Assembly: GCA_963823665.1 (NCBI GenBank)
Contig: CAWGMQ010000008.1
Span: 1,280,001 to 1,344,000, forward strand
Source: an uncultured Planctomycetota bacterium
GTDB lineage: Bacteria > Planctomycetota > Planctomycetia > Isosphaerales > Isosphaeraceae
Direction of reading: 5' to 3'
DNA length: 64,000 nt
Shown here: positions 10,033-20,485 of the stretch, in pieces
Numbering within the stretch: the first letter of the stretch is position 1
How the letters are laid out: the number at the start of each line of letters is the position of its first letter
Translations under genes and position numbers: made by a program
The notes under the pieces: generated by a model
Told to the model about the DNA's origin: nothing
Databases searched by the model: none
What the model saw: the letters and a program-made list of their open reading frames with translations, nothing else

Positions 10033-10201
10033 ACCCTTTTGAACATTCACTGCCGCCCGCATGCCCGAAGGACGTGTGAGCAGAACCTTTGCCGACTGCC
10101 CCTTTACCGGCGACAGATCATGGGATCGAGGTGCGGCGCGGGTGGTCGCCGCAGGTACCGTTCTCCTGTCGAAGGTGGCCCGGGCTGTGCTCGCGCCGAG
10201 C

Positions 10202-10223
10202 GGTACGCGACAGCGTACCCTAC
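10202..10223 (-). repeat. GTAG-type REP palindrome
   Basis: Minus strand reads GTAG-GGTACGC-TGTC-GCGTACC (GTAG followed by a perfect 7-bp hairpin); intergenic. Confidence 0.7.
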
Positions 10224-10621
10224 AAATCTGGGATGATTAAGATCCGTGGGGGCCAGTGAGCTTCGTCCTCGTCGGTCCACTGCTCGCCCCGGAGGGCTCG
10301 GGCGATTCCCAGGTACTCGCGTGCGCGCCGGCATTCTGCCAGGAATTCTCGAAATCCGTCCGCCGAAGAGAAATGGTTCCGGCCCGCGACAGACGGTTCC
10401 AGTGCGAGTATCAGGCGATGGTGCTCAACTTTCCTCTGGTGTGCGAGCCACGACAGTGCGGCGCCCAGGGCCACGGCGGTCACGGCGACCAAGATCATCA
10501 AAGCTCGCAGCGACGAGCACAAAACGCTGAGCCGTCGCCTGGAAAGCAGTCCTGTGAGCAGCGAACGCTGAAGCAGAGGTATGCGCATTTGAATTTGCAA
10601 ACGAGTCGGGTGAGAAGGCAT
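10220..10621 (-). CDS. hypothetical single-pass membrane protein
   Basis: SLRALMILVAVTAVALGAAL planctomycete-type N-terminal anchor; true start uncertain. Confidence 0.5.
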   Translation of the reverse strand: MPSHPTRLQIQMRIPLLQRSLLTGLLSRRRLSVLCSSLRALMILVAVTAVALGAALSWLAHQRKVEHHRLILALEPSVAGRNHFSSADGFREFLAECRRAREYLGIARALRGEQWTDEDEAHWPPRILIIPDL

Positions 10622-10626
10622 TCGGG

Positions 10627-10950
10627 TCAGTACATCGAGGAAACCGGTCGCTCAAACTCGACGTTGGCCAATGACTTCTTTCTCTCTTCGGGCGTAAACA
10701 GCAGCAGCAAGCTGATTTGAGATAAGACGTCTTCCGGGAGCTTCTCCAGGATCCTCCAAAGCTGGCTGTCTCTCTCGACGAGATCCGAACCTTTAAAATC
10801 GGGGTCGGTGATCCGAATTCGGATCGATACTGAGTTCAGTCTTTGAATATCGATCTCGGCCTCGGAGTGCGCTTTTTTGTGCTCGGAGAGAGCATCCCGG
10901 ATCGTTTTCACGGCACTATCGTTTTTCTTACTATCATTTTTGCGCACCAT
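10627..10950 (-). CDS. small hypothetical protein, possible BolA/KH-like fold
   Basis: GAGG upstream; IRIRITDPDFKGSDLVERDSQLWRIL recalls the BolA S..F.G...V.R pattern (inference). Confidence 0.65.
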   Translation of the reverse strand: MVRKNDSKKNDSAVKTIRDALSEHKKAHSEAEIDIQRLNSVSIRIRITDPDFKGSDLVERDSQLWRILEKLPEDVLSQISLLLLFTPEERKKSLANVEFERPVSSMY

Positions 10951-10977
10951 GTCACATCCTCTCATCAGCCCGCGCGT

Positions 10978-11777
10978 TCAAACCAACCCCATCGCCGCGG
11001 CCTCATCAAGCAGCCAGGTCACTTTCGGACCAGCGGTGCGGAGCAAGGAGGCCGGGTTCTTGGCGCTCAGGGGGCCTCGCAGGGCCAGAGCCGTGATTTG
11101 CGCTTTGTGGGAGCCGGTGGACAGGACGACGATTGAGCGGGCAGCCAGGATCGGGGCCAGGCCCATGGTCAGGGCACGCGGGATGACGTGTTCCATGCCG
11201 CCGAGCTCTTTGGCGGCGTCGGCGCGGGTGATCGGGTGCAGATCGACCAGGCGGCTGGGAAGCTCGAGTGCTTGTTCGACGCTCAGGTCGCTTGGCTCGT
11301 TGAACCCGATGTGGCCGTTGCGGCCGATGCCCAGAAGCTGGACGTCCAGGCCGCCGTCGTGGTCGATCCAGCGGTCGAACTCGGTCGCGTGTGCGGACGC
11401 AAATTCCTCGGGCACCGTTCCGTCGAAGACGTGGGCGCAGTGCGGAGCAAGGTCGACGTGGCGAAACAAGTGCTCGTCCATGTAGAGCGCGATAGCTGCG
11501 CACGTCGAGGGGGCTCACGGGGTAGTATTCGTCCAGGTTGTACGTGGTGACGTCCTGGAATGAGAGTGCTCCATCGCGATAGCGCTTCACCAGTTCGGCG
11601 TAGACCAACTTGGGTGTTGAGCCGGTTGGTAAGCCCGAGTATGGCCCGGCCGCGCTCGCGAAGCGCGCGCTCGATGACCTCGGCCAACCAGGCAGCGGCT
11701 GCCAGGCACGCGGACTGAGCGTCGGGAAAGACCAGGACCTCGGCCGCCCTGGAGGATGAGAAGTCTGCGGAGGTCAT
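10978..11777 (-). CDS. nagB: glucosamine-6-phosphate deaminase (two frameshifts, near 11630 and 11485)
   Basis: Joined frames give ILGL.TGSTP, TYNLDEYYP, YMDEHLFRHVD, GGLDVQLLGIGRNGHIGFNEP, ALTMG, PASLL. Confidence 0.9.
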
Positions 11778-11866
11778 CGGCACGAGACTCCAGGACGATC
11801 GTCAAAGCGGGGCGACGACGGGCGTCTCGGCAGTCGGGGCGACTCCGATCTTGGCGGAGGCCGGGC

Positions 11867-12790
11867 TTACAAGTTCGCTGTCGCAGCCGGGTCGAGCTGG
11901 CCACCCAGAATACCGAGTGCGAGCTGGATGGGGTCAGCGGGGCACGCGGCGGCGGCTCGCGGGTCATAGGTGTCGATCTGGAAGAGCTCGACGCCGACGA
12001 AGCGTTCGTCGGTGCGGTGCGCCCGGCCCGCCAGGCTGTGGCCTTCGGCCCATTCGCGTACCAGGGCGGCGTATGCCCGGCCCAGGTGCGAGCAGTACTG
12101 GGTGTAGTCGGTCAGGAAGACCTGTGAGGCATGGCAGTGGATGGCCCATTCCTTGGTGCGCTCGGCCTCGCCGTCGAAGGTGAGATAGGCGTTGGGCTTG
12201 GGCAGAGGGCCCCAGGGGGTCCAGCCGGACAGAACGGCGCAGTCAGTCAGCCGGGCACCGACAAGGCCGATCGCGGCCAGAGCGCGGGTGACGCGGTGCG
12301 CGACGTGGGCATCATTGGGGGGAGGGACGATCACGGCCCCGGGGCGACGCGAGTCAAACCAATTCACCACTTTGTCGACGTCGGCGACGGTCGGCTGATA
12401 ACCGGGCATGCGGTAGCCCTCGAGGTTCCAGCAGACCGGCTCGGCGCCAAGGATGTTGCACTCGAGGCGGAACTCGGCTTCGCGCACCGTGGCCTTCTTT
12501 TGGCTGTCGAGCCACGACGCAGCCACGTTGCGCTCGCCCGCGAAGACCAGAACCTCCACGACAGGCAAGCCGCGCCTGACTGAATATTCGTGCACCAAGC
12601 AGGCCGCCGAGATCGCTCCATCGTCGGCGTGAGGGCAAAGGACCACGAGGGGACGGGACGGTCCAAGGTAGGACCGGAGGGACTCGCGAACGTCAACCAA
12701 GTGACCATGCGGGCCGCAGCCTTGAACGGTTTCGAGCAATCGGTCAAATGCCGGCAGCCAGCGCGACGACGAGGGTGTTGGGTTATCCAT
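11867..12790 (-). CDS. PIG-L/LmbE family deacetylase
   Basis: VLCPHADD, REAE, DAHVAH, KEWAIHCHASQ motifs. Confidence 0.88.
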   Translation of the reverse strand: MDNPTPSSSRWLPAFDRLLETVQGCGPHGHLVDVRESLRSYLGPSRPLVVLCPHADDGAISAACLVHEYSVRRGLPVVEVLVFAGERNVAASWLDSQKKATVREAEFRLECNILGAEPVCWNLEGYRMPGYQPTVADVDKVVNWFDSRRPGAVIVPPPNDAHVAHRVTRALAAIGLVGARLTDCAVLSGWTPWGPLPKPNAYLTFDGEAERTKEWAIHCHASQVFLTDYTQYCSHLGRAYAALVREWAEGHSLAGRAHRTDERFVGVELFQIDTYDPRAAAACPADPIQLALGILGGQLDPAATANL

Positions 12791-12893
12791 GGGTGTGAGA
12801 AGTTCTGGCGGCTTGCTGCCGGCGCATAGGATGCACAAGAATGGCGAGACGCATCAACAGCCTATTGTGCGGTGCAAGATCGCGCGCGTCAAC

Positions 12894-13427
12894 TCACACG
12901 CCTTGTTCGTCAAACATTCGCCCGCGGAAACTGGCCCATTCGCTCCTTTTCTCGGGCTCGTCGGAGTGGCGTGCCAGGAAATCCACGATGTATTTATCCA
13001 TCATGTCGAAACGTTCGGAGATCGCTCGAAGCACCGCGAGCGCCAGCGATTCGGCCGCGCGAGGGTCGGCCGCGCGCAGGGCTTCATGCGCGGGATGATA
13101 CAGGGAAAGCAGCCAGACGTCGGAAGTCGCGCGAACGGAAACGCTTGGTGGCTGAGGCCGGAAGAATGACGTCGATCCAAAAGCGGCCGGGGCCGTGAGC
13201 AGCGTGATGACCTCACGGCGGCCGCTGCCGAGGATTCGCTCAACCGAGGCCGTGCCCTCGATCAGGAACGAAAGATGGTCGTTGGGTTGATCCTGGGCCA
13301 GCAGAATGGCTCCAGAGGGCGCACGGGCCTCAACGAGTGCGCCAAAGATCGCTAGCTTGATGTCGGGGTCGACCTCGCCGAGCCAGGGCGCGGCCATAAA
13401 TCGTTCGCTCGCTTGGGTATCGATCAT
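12894..13427 (-). CDS. stand-alone cyclic-nucleotide-binding domain protein
   Basis: GAILLAQDQPNDHLSFLIEG..FGSTSFF..SVSVRA; no HTH. Confidence 0.85.
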   Translation of the reverse strand: MIDTQASERFMAAPWLGEVDPDIKLAIFGALVEARAPSGAILLAQDQPNDHLSFLIEGTASVERILGSGRREVITLLTAPAAFGSTSFFRPQPPSVSVRATSDVWLLSLYHPAHEALRAADPRAAESLALAVLRAISERFDMMDKYIVDFLARHSDEPEKRSEWASFRGRMFDEQGV

Positions 13428-13764
13428 CGAACAGCCTCAATGAAAGCCAGTCGAGGCTCTCCGCAGGAGCGATGGCGTCCTGCACGCGGTGCCTCACTGC
13501 GGGACCGCGATGGAGATTCGGGAGAGAGTGTTTCGCCTCGCCTGGATGTCCCTATTGTTCATATTGTGCCGGTCGCGGCAATTAGCAAGGTCATTGTGAA
13601 CGAACGAATTGTGGCGAAGCCGTGAAACCGCTGGCTCACGAATCTCCCGCGAGCCGCCGGCTTGCGAGCCGATGGATTCTTCATCGGGAGCCGGTCCGGA
13701 TCGATCGGGCTCCCAGAGGATGAGAACTAAAAGCACGGAAAGTGACGAGGCGGGAGGATACGCC

Positions 13765-15630
13765 ATGAGACGTCCACCGGACGTAGGTAAGGCCGCGCTC
13801 TGTATAGGCTTGATGCTGAGTATTTCCGGCTGCGCGGGATTTTCACAACATACGACCGGAAGCTCGCCGTGGACGACCGGCTCCGAGGGAGAAAACACCT
13901 CGCCGCCAGGGCTGTTCTCGTGGTGGCACCGAGGTGGAGTACAAAGCAGCACGCCACCAACTAATCCAGCAGGGATGCAGGAGACCGTCGGACGATCCCA
14001 GGGTCGTTCCGAAGCGGGCGAGACCGCGACGAGCCCCTGGCCGGAAACTCAATCGGAGTGGGCGGCCCGGACCTTCCCTCGATTCAACCGATTCTGGAAT
14101 GGCAGTCCGGAGGTAACTCGTCCGGCAAGCCCCGATACGGAGGGCGTGAACTGGACGAACCGGCTGCCGGAACAGTCAGTCGCTGACGAGAGCGCGGTTG
14201 CGGCCTCGGCGCCTCGCTCGGATGGCGCAATCCGGCCGACTGACGGTGCATCGCTTCCGGCGGCTGAGCGCGGTGCGGGGGGCGCGGGCTCGCGGCCTCG
14301 ATACCTTGACGAGCTGCCGTTGTCGCCGACACCGCCGCCAGTGAGGTCGCCGCGCGAGAGTGGTGCAGAGCCGGCCGGGCCCGAGGCATCGGCGCCGACG
14401 CAATTCCCGCTCTCTTCGACTGACTTCTCCGCATCGAGCGACGGCGCGCAACGCGTATCGTTCGAGCCCCAAAATGGATCCGCGGCGGTAAAACCGACCG
14501 CGGGAGCGGCGGGCTCGGGCTCGGCGGGAGATCAAGCGGCGTCCAGTCTGCCCCAGCTTAGTGACATTCTGCCTGCACCGGCGCTCGCGGGACCGCAGGA
14601 GTCTGCGACCACCGCCCTCGACAGCAGCCGGGTCACAAAGCCCGGAAGCGGCGTGCCGGCTGGAGGTGGACCCGCGGCGGTTGCCGAGCCGCCGGCAAGC
14701 CTGGATACACGCGTGGCCCAGGTTCCGCCCGCGCCACCACCGCCTACGCAGCGCACTCCGCAAGCACCGTCGCCCGCGGGTGACGCCAACGCGGCGGCAT
14801 CACCGCCCGCGCCGCCGGCTTCGCCCGCCGCGACGCCGGCCGGCACCGAGAAGGCTGCGGGAACAACGACGCCGACCTTGCCTGCGCCGGCGACTGCGGC
14901 GTCACAGGCCCCGACTGGCGGGTGGGGCCAGCGTAGCCTGGCCGCGAGCGGTCAATCGATCTACGCCTCACCGCCTCCGATGGCGCCTGCGCAACCGCGG
15001 CACCACTTCATGAGCTGGCTGTTCCACGACGATGATGACGCAACGGTGCTGGCCTCGGCGCAGGGTAGACTGGCCGCCGCCCCGAAGGCCTGTTCGTCTC
15101 CCCAGAATGTGCTTCCCACTGCACAAGGCAACGCGGCGTGTGACGCCGACTGCAAGGCACCGAAGAAACCGTGCTTCCTGAAGGTCTGGATCCACGACTG
15201 GAAGAACGGGCATGGCATCGGTGGGGACGACTGCGGCCACGGCGGCGTGTGCGCCAGCGGTCAAACCAATGCGGCCGCGTGCGATTCAGGAGCGACGGCG
15301 CCGAAGAAGCCCTGCTTCTTGAAAGTCTGGATTCACGACCTGAAGAATGGGCACGGCTCCGCCAACGATGACTGCACTGCCGGTGCGGTGTACCCCAGCG
15401 CCCAATCAAACGCGACGGCCTGCGAGACGCCGGCCAAAGCGCCGAAGAAGCCGTGTTTCCTGAAAGTTTGGATCCACGACCTGAAGAATGGGCACGGTTC
15501 CGGGTGCGGCGGTTGCCAGAACGGCGGCGGCTCGTGCTGCCAGAATGGTAAGTGCTGCGGCGGAGGAATGCCTGTCACCGGCTCGGCACAGGGCGGGATC
15601 GCTTCCGGGCAGACGGGCGCCGTGCGCTGA
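13765..15630 (+). CDS. putative lipoprotein: Pro/Ala-rich linker plus C-terminal Cys/His-rich repeats
   Basis: GGAGGA RBS; lipobox-like LSISGC; three APKKPCFLKVWIHD(W/L)KNGHG repeats. Confidence 0.8.
   Translation: MRRPPDVGKAALCIGLMLSISGCAGFSQHTTGSSPWTTGSEGENTSPPGLFSWWHRGGVQSSTPPTNPAGMQETVGRSQGRSEAGETATSPWPETQSEWAARTFPRFNRFWNGSPEVTRPASPDTEGVNWTNRLPEQSVADESAVAASAPRSDGAIRPTDGASLPAAERGAGGAGSRPRYLDELPLSPTPPPVRSPRESGAEPAGPEASAPTQFPLSSTDFSASSDGAQRVSFEPQNGSAAVKPTAGAAGSGSAGDQAASSLPQLSDILPAPALAGPQESATTALDSSRVTKPGSGVPAGGGPAAVAEPPASLDTRVAQVPPAPPPPTQRTPQAPSPAGDANAAASPPAPPASPAATPAGTEKAAGTTTPTLPAPATAASQAPTGGWGQRSLAASGQSIYASPPPMAPAQPRHHFMSWLFHDDDDATVLASAQGRLAAAPKACSSPQNVLPTAQGNAACDADCKAPKKPCFLKVWIHDWKNGHGIGGDDCGHGGVCASGQTNAAACDSGATAPKKPCFLKVWIHDLKNGHGSANDDCTAGAVYPSAQSNATACETPAKAPKKPCFLKVWIHDLKNGHGSGCGGCQNGGGSCCQNGKCCGGGMPVTGSAQGGIASGQTGAVR
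15130..15503 (+). repeat. intragenic tandem repeat, 3 units, 141-bp (47-aa) period
   Basis: CCGAAGAA..TG(C/T)TTC.TGAA.GT.TGGAT.CACGAC starts at 15160, 15301 and 15442. Confidence 0.92.
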
Positions 15631-15637
15631 ACACCAC

Positions 15638-17133
15638 TCAGGACGACGAGCCGAAGCGAACGAGGTCACGCAGCGGGGGAAGCTCGCCACTTCCCCCGCT
15701 GCGTAATTGTTCCACGAAGCGGCGCAAGGCCAGCTCCAGATGCTCGGCCACATCGATGTGCTGCTCGATGACGTTGTTCTGGTCCCACCTGTCTTCGGGC
15801 TTGCGGTAGAGCTCGGAGCCACGTGGTTCTTCCGGGTCGATCTCGATCGGGAGAATCAGGTGCCAGAGGTGGGTGCGGATCGCGAACTCGGCGAGATCCA
15901 TCCCCAGGCAGGCGTATTCGCGCACCTTGCCGACCTCGCCTCGGATCAATGGCAGCAGGTCGTGGCCGTGGGGTGCGTCGTCGCCCTCGATCGGTTTCAA
16001 TCCGAGGGCCGATACGATGGTTGGGAGCAGATCGACGGTCTGGACGATGGCTTGATGGCGATTGCCGCCGGACCGGCCGCCAGGGAGCCGGACGATCAGG
16101 GGCGTGTGAATCAGCTCTTCATAGAGCCAGGGGCGGAATCGCCGCACAATGCCGTGCTCGCCGAGCGGCTCGCCCTGGTCGCTGGTGAAGATGACGTAGG
16201 TGTCATCCATCCTTCCGAGCTGGCCATCGCGCGGAACAGCTCCCCCAGACAGTGGTCGGCATAGGTGACGGCGCCGGCGTAGGTGCGCCGCAGCAGGAAT
16301 AGCTCGGCTTCCGAGAGAACGTCACCGACGGCGCCGGCGGGGACGTCGATCAAGGCGGCCACGTCTTCGACGTCGATCTCGTCGCCGGCTTGCTCGGCCG
16401 GATGTTCGACGAGCTCCCCTTCCTCGCCGGTCTCGAATTCATCCGGCTCGACCATGACATATTGCTCGCGGAATGGGTGGGGCGGGTCCCATGGGCCGTG
16501 CGGGCAGAAAACGTCGAGCCATAACACGAACGGCTCGGACCTGGCGCCCCGGCGCTCGAGCCATTGGATCGCTTTCTTGACGGTGCGCATGGCGCCCTGG
16601 TTTTCGTGACCGTCGGCGGAGAGCACCGAGCGGTTGCGGAGGTATTGTTCCCAGCGCGCCTGCCAGATCTGCCGATGGGGATCATCTTCGGGAGGGAGAC
16701 GAAGACCGGGCTCGTCTTCCAGCCTCACGTGCTTGGCCCGTGGATCACCTGGAAGGATGAGCGGGTCGTAACCGGAGCCGCGCACCCAGATGACCTCGTC
16801 AAAGCCCCGCCCGTAGCCGAGGCCCGCCTCGCGGAGCAGGGGGACATCGGAAATCAACGCGGTGTGGACACCCCGGTCCCAGAGAAAGTCGGGCAGAATC
16901 CGTTCGTCGGGGCGGAGGGGCGTCCAGCCTTGCTCTGCGTCTGCGAATCCAAAACGGCCGGTCCACCAGCTTCGGCGAGTGGGAAGCGTCGTCAGGTTTT
17001 CGGGGAAATGGTGGTCGAACACGATGCCTTCGGCGGCGAGCCGGTCGAGGTTGGGCGTCTCGATCCAGGCGTTGCCGTAGGTACCGATGAAGCCGAGGTG
17101 CAGGCTGTTGCAGACGACGACAACGACATTCAT
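15638..17133 (-). CDS. sulfatase/alkaline-phosphatase superfamily hydrolase (frameshift near 16225)
   Basis: TPNLDRLAAEG..F, TLPTRRSWWTG, PHGPWDPP, YAGAVTYAD, IFTSDQG, LYEELIHTPLIVR. Confidence 0.9.
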
Positions 17134-17485
17134 GAATCGACCCGGTATGGTGGAGTGAGTGCGCGACAACTTCTGTCGCTCGCCGGCAGTTATCCTACCG
17201 CTCGCCGGGGCCGGTGCCGACAGTGCTGCCGGTAAATCCACCTCGCCACCGGGCAAATTGCGTACGGTTGGGGCAAAAGCGCTATCGGGCGAGCCTCGAC
17301 ACGAGGACGCGGTGCTCGAGCCGAGCTTTCGCCGGGTGTTTGCTACAATAAATTCTTGCCGGCTTGCTAATTTGATGCCGAATTGATAATATCAAGAATG
17401 CAAATCCAAATCCTCTCTTTTTCAACTCTGACGATAATTATTGAAATATTTTGTGTATCTCGATGTTTTGATGGAGGAACGATCC

Positions 17486-17707
17486 GTGGCAAAAACTCTT
17501 GAGATCATCGCTGCAGCCGTCGCGGACAAAGCCCACAGTTTCCAGTTCATCCGGAAGGCGACCGGGCTCAGGCTGAGCGATGACGTGCTCACGGCGCTCG
17601 CCCGGAGCGACAAGACCAGATTCAAGCTCGTCAGGTTCCTCAAGCAGGATTCCGGTGGTGCGCGGATTCGCCCGGGGCTTCCGGGCGTGGCGCTGCGGAA
17701 GGATTAA
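17486..17707 (+). CDS. small hypothetical protein
   Basis: GGAGG RBS then GTG; 73-aa basic protein following an AT-rich intergenic tract. Confidence 0.6.
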   Translation: MAKTLEIIAAAVADKAHSFQFIRKATGLRLSDDVLTALARSDKTRFKLVRFLKQDSGGARIRPGLPGVALRKD

Positions 17708-17779
17708 ACATCTGGCTCACGTTGCAGGCATGCTCGGGGCTGGCTTGTCCGTTTTCCCAGATCGACGAGGATTGTCGCG

Positions 17780-20379
17780 ATGAGGAGTTCCCGAAGTTGC
17801 ACGTTTCGCCGTCCCGAGATCGAGGCTCTGGAACCGCGCCTCGTGCTCGACGCCGCCTTTGCGTTTGCGACCGCGATCGGTGATTCCGGGGAGGGGGGGC
17901 TCAGCTACCCCGTCGCCGTGCCCACGGCCGTGGGCACTGACGCGGCAGGTAATGTTTACCTCGCCGGCAGTTTTCAGAGCGTCATCCAGTTTGGCGAGGA
18001 GCCAGGCGCGGGTGAGCCCAGTCTTGAAAGTACGGGCGACGTCACTGTTGACGACGTGTTCATCGCGAAGTACTCACCAGCCGGCACGCTTTTGTGGGAC
18101 CAGGCACTACAGCCCTCGAACCCATTTAACACCCCCCCGAATCTAACGCTCGGCGGGATGGCAGTCGACAGCGCCGGGGATGTCTACCTCACCGGCACCC
18201 TGACCGGCGACGAACTGGTGGGCTCCGGTCCGGGCCAGGTCACCTTGAGCTACGAGAACGGCGCGGCGTTTCTGGTCGGGCTTAACACCAACGGCAACGT
18301 AAGTTTTGCCGAAACCGTCGGAGGCCCGTCGGCCTACGGAAGCGCTGTGGCGATCGATGGCCAAGGCCATGTCCTGGTCGCCGGCGAGTTTAACACGGAC
18401 GACGCCAATTTCGCCCCTGGTCCCGGGACGGCGCTTCTCAGCTACTCGGGCGGCCTGACCGTCGACATGTTCGTCGCTTCGTACAACGCCGACGGATCTT
18501 ATCGCTGGGCAAAGGACATTGGCGGCGCTCCCACATCTACCGGCGCTCAGGGGGGCGACGTCGCGCCCAGCAGCATCGCGTCCGACGCGGCCGGCGACGT
18601 GATCGTTGCCGGGGCTTTTGGAAACACCGCCGATTTCGACCCGGGACCGGGAATCGCCGATCTCACGCCGGGCCCCAACGGCGGCATTTTCATCGTCAAG
18701 CTGGACTCGGCGGGAGACTACGTCTGGGCGAAGTCCAGGGACCGGGTATTGGCCGAAGATTATTCCTTGAACATAAGCGTCGGCGCCGACAGCAAGGGCG
18801 ACGCGTTTCTTGCCGTCGGGCCCGAGATCGGACCATCGTTCGGCGCCCCGGGTTTTGTCGAGGGGTTTGATTCGACCGGGAATCTTCAATGGACCCAGAC
18901 GGCCGCGAGCGGCGTGGAGGAAGTGCAATTGACGGTCGACAGCCAGAATGAGGTGTTCGTCGCCGGCACGGTCGGCGACATCACAGGCACGATGGGCAAC
19001 CTCTCGAGCATCTTCACCGGGTACCCGAACGTGCAGGTCGACGCGCCGCGTGATGGCGAGTACTTCGCGGCGCGGCTTGACATTCATGGGCAGCTTCAGG
19101 GCGTTCGAACGGCGAGCTATGTTCACGGAAACGATGAATACGACGCGACTACTGGGCGAGGCAACGTGCTCGGCATCGCTCCCGCGCCAGGCGGCGACCT
19201 GGCTATGACGGGCAACTACAACCTCGGAGCGAGCTTCGGCTCGACCATCCTGCCACCAGAAGACTTCACGGCCGGCGTGCTTGATACGACCGAGAACACA
19301 GGGTTCGTGACGGTAACAACGCCCATTCCGAGCACCCCGCAGGGCGTGACATTGGTGCTGGACCCCGCCAGCAACAACGGAACGGCCGCAAACCCGATCG
19401 AGATCGATTCGAGTACACCGACGTTCGATGTCACCGGGGTTGCGGCCACGGCGGTCGTGACGATTCTGGCCAACAACGACGACTCGACAGGCCCGCCTGC
19501 CTTCCAGGCGATGGGCTCGCGCGTCGGTCCCGGCCCACTGACACTTTCCGCGCCGACGTTGTCCTCGCCGGGCCTTGAATCCGGGTTACACTACTCGTTT
19601 TATCTTCTCAGTGACGACCCGGCCGCCGGAGTGAGTGTCGTGAGCAACACCGTCACCGCGCGGTCGATCTCACGGAGCCGCGAATTCTTTCCGGCCCCAT
19701 CGTCACGAACGCGGGCGGCCCGCCGCTGTCCTCGGGGAGCGTGGTCACCAATCCGGCGCTTTCCGTCTCTGGCTCGGCGAGTTATTCCGATTACGTTGAT
19801 CTGGTCGATGGGTCCGGCAAGGTGCTGGCTTCGGAATTCCTTCCTCCCGTAGACGATTCTTCGGTTGCTCGCTCGTTTCAGATCGCGGTCCCTTCGGGCC
19901 TCTCCGGCCTGACTTCGCTCTATGTCCGCGGGCGTGCGTTCGGCAGCGACGCCTCGCCGCTCGTCGGCCCGTTTGTGGTGACGATCCACGGCAGTTCCGT
20001 CGGAGGAGGATCGGGCGGAGGAGGATCGGGCGGAGGCGGCGGCGGGACGGTCGGGCCGACGGTCAAGTCGGTCGTCATCGCCTCAGCCAAGGGCAAGCCC
20101 AAGACGATCAACATCACGTTTATTGGCACGGTAGACGCCTCCGTGATCACCGATCTCTCGCTCTTCACGCTGATCTCGGCCGGTCGCGACCGCCGATTTG
20201 GCACCAAGGACGACAAGGTTCTCAAGCTCTCGAAGGCGTCGTACACCGCCTCGACGCACATCCTCAAGCTTCAACCCAAGCAGCCTCTCTCGATCGTTTA
20301 TCCCCTTGAGCTGGTCGTCACCGGACTGCTGTCAACCGGCACTTCGACCTATTTCCTCGGGCCCAAGGCCAAGCATTGA
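17780..20379 (+). CDS. large extracellular protein with LEPR-xL signal, SBBP-like beta-propeller repeats, Ig-like region and C-terminal domain (frameshift near 19660)
   Basis: EALEPRLVLD; repeated D.AGNVYLAG/DVFIAKY; C-terminus AGRDRRFGTKDD..ASYTASTH; frames 17780 and 19741 join with a one-base shift. Confidence 0.85.
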
Positions 20380-20485
20380 GCCAAGGCCGGGGCGGAACAA
20401 ACTTTCGCACGCGCGGCCGGCCCTGTACGATGAACGCTTCAAGCGACTGAGCAGCGCCCTATTCATCCGGGGAGACGTTTGTGCC

